Origin: Carcharhinus amblyrhynchos
Taxonomy: Eukaryota
Direction: 5' to 3'
NCBI GenBank assembly: GCA_965287045.1
Contig: OZ336887.1
Coordinates: 11,780,001 to 11,844,000, forward strand
Length of the DNA: 64,000 nt
In this document: positions 61,861 to 64,000 of the stretch, in pieces
Position numbering within the stretch: position 1 is the stretch's first letter
Layout: each line of letters starts with the position of its first letter
Notes under the pieces: generated by a model
Databases searched by the model: none
Seen by the model: only the letters and a program-made list of their open reading frames with translations
Told to the model about the DNA's origin: nothing
Translations under genes and position numbers: made by a program

Positions 61861-63469
61861 CTTAACAGTATTAAAGGTCACTGAAAATGGCAATGCAGGT
61901 GGACAGGACACAGCTGGGCAACATTCCACATTGCCAGGTAGATGCCAGTGTTATAGTTGTACTGGGACAGCTTGGCTAGTGGTGTGGCAAGTTTTGGAAC
62001 ACAAATCATCAGCACTGTTGCTGGGATATTGTCAGGGCCCTTAGTCCAGCATCTTCAGCTGTTTCTTGATGTCATGTAGCAAATTGCTGAAGGCTGGCAC
62101 TGTAATTTCCTGTGACCTTGCAAGGTGGAGGGTAGGATTTTCCAGCCTCGCTTCACTCAAACAGGAAAATCCCACTCAAGGTCAATGGACATTTCCATGG
62201 TCAGCCCTCCGCCCCCACTGCCTACTACAATTCCCGTGTTGGTAAATTTCACCCCAGAACATCCATTTGGCACTACCATCTGAAGGTGATTACAAATGCT
62301 TCAGCTTTGTCTTTTGTACTAATAATACAACTTTAAAACAATCTGGGAAAAGTTAACAGACTCACACTTGTCCAGGTGATTGTTAAAATCGTCATTGATT
62401 ACGAGTTCTTTTGAGATAACTGGGTGAGGAGAGTACAATTTGATGTTGTGCATTTAGAGAAGTGCCACATATTAGTAAAATTAAAACTCATGGGATAAAA
62501 GGGTCAAAGTGGTAGCATGGATACAAAATGTCCAATTTTTGGCAGTGCCGTTGAAGGGTGTGGACTGATTTGGATCAAAAGCCCAGCACTTCTGACCTGG
62601 TGGGCTCCACTGGGGAGTTATTCCTCATAAAAAGTCTGACAACACCAGGTTTTAGTCCAACCTGGTGTTGTCAGACTTTTTACTGTGTTTACCCGAGTCC
62701 AACACCGGCACATCCACATCAGAGTTATTCCTCTGCAGTGTCTCTGGATGAGTCCAGATTTTAGGGTCATGGTTCACTGTCCCTCAGTGGCATTGTGAAC
62801 CCTAGCCTACATGAGGGCATCTTTTAAAAAGTGAGTTCAAAAGGGCCTCCTCCCACCTCCCCATGCCAAGGTCAGGCCCCTCCACCCAGCCCTGCTATGG
62901 TTCCTGGGTCCCCTACGTCATGTCTTGGTACCCACTATACACTTTGGAGAATCAACAAACCCAACAGTAACAGTAGAATGTGCTAAAAAAAAGTCATTCA
63001 TTCATTACTTTCCACTATGTCAAAAAAAGCCACCACTGCAGAGCAATGGAAGTGTTAATCATTCTGAGCCTAAAAAGTATTATTAATAAAAACCACAAGC
63101 CCTTAAAAACCACCTCATTTGTGTAAATAAACATTTTGAAATTGATTGCAGAAAGCCAGAGCTGTCAATCAAGCAACATATGAAAGGTCACAGTGTGTGG
63201 GAGGGCGAACATGAGGTGGGATGAATGGGGACTATGTGGAGGGAACGGTGGGGGGTGTGAGGGCTGCAGAGGGCCTTTTAAATGACCCACCTCCACACCT
63301 GACAGTCCATGTAGCTGCCTCCAATCATTTTCCCCAACTCCAGCTCTTTCCCTCCCCTGGCAATAAGATCCTGCCTTTGTGGGCACTTTCTTTGTAGGCA
63401 AGCCGAGCTGGGAATTTTTCTGACTCCCGTCATCTGCCCCACTGATGAAAATTCAATCCATAAGAGACA

Positions 63470-63990
63470 TATGGAGGAGTTTATCTCCGGAATATTGCAC
63501 CCAATTCGGGACATCACACTTCAGGAAGGGTGTGAAGTCTTTGCAAAAGGATTCAGAGGAACTTTGTTAAGGGTAGTTCCAGAGATGAGGCATTACATTT
63601 ACATGGACTGACTGGAGAAGCCTTAGTCGGCCTCCTCAGAAAAGAGACGATCTGAAAATCATGAAGGATTTTGAGTAAATGAGGATGGTTCTAATGGTTG
63701 AAGGGTCAATGACCAAGGACAATAAGATGATTGACAAATGAACCAGAGGTGACAAGCAAAAATAAAGCTTTTGTATACAATGTATGGTTAGGATTGGGAA
63801 TGAACCAACTGACGGCGATGGTGAATACAAATTTGATACATCCTGCAAAAAGGAATTGAATAAATATCTGACTGGGAAGAAAATTCCTTATATCCGTATA
63901 AAATTTGTTGCAGTGGACTAACAGAATTGCTCTGTGGAAGAGCTGGCACATACCCAAATGGGCCCCCTGTGCTGCACTATTCTCTGCCCA
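63470..63990 (+). mobile_element. Old CR1 3' fragment
   Basis: EYCTQF, L.RIQR.F.R.VPEMR, RRDDL..MKDF and ELNKYL remnants, plus a CR1-type 3' UTR. Confidence 0.55.
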
Positions 63991-64000
63991 TGAGTTAATA

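Larger units (their letters stand above)
57790..62080 (-). mobile_element. Ancient CR1/L2-group LINE split by the two CR1 insertions (pieces ~57790-58875 and ~61880-62080)
   Basis: Minus strand reads GPDNIPATVLMICVPKLATPLAKLSQYNYNTGIYLAMWNVAQLCPVH (~62040-61900), continuing as SAIKQHLLSTNLLSDVQFG..QDHSAPALIT below 58875. 3' tail GGGCAATTAGGGATGGGCAATAAATGCTGG near 57850-57790. Confidence 0.7.

Overview
Vertebrate genomic DNA, most likely a cartilaginous fish (shark), judged from its HE1/V-SINE, SacSINE1-like Deu-SINE and CR1 repeat content. The only protein-coding gene I can support is a complete five-exon fascin-1 (FSCN1) on the + strand: CDS 31647-32466, 47136-47292, 50418-50539, 52919-53086 and 54046-54248, giving 1470 nt and 489 aa with all introns GT-AG. 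It has a CRE+TATA promoter and a ~2.1 kb 3' UTR. The rest is intergenic or intronic DNA dense in retroelements (CR1, RTE, Rex1/Babar, L2, a Gypsy relic, Penelope-like termini, three SINE families, MITEs) plus two minisatellites. The most notable observations are: a cluster of seven miR-145 seed matches in the FSCN1 3' UTR; a 47-copy 34-bp minisatellite born inside an RTE LINE ORF; hammerhead-ribozyme-like Penelope-derived palindromes; a three-level nested LINE with a 7-bp target-site duplication; V-SINEs with two alternative tails; and a G17/C19 pair at the two ends of the 14.7 kb first intron. I found no evidence of a wholly new gene system. Repeat family names and human comparisons are from memory and need database confirmation; most repeat boundaries are approximate.
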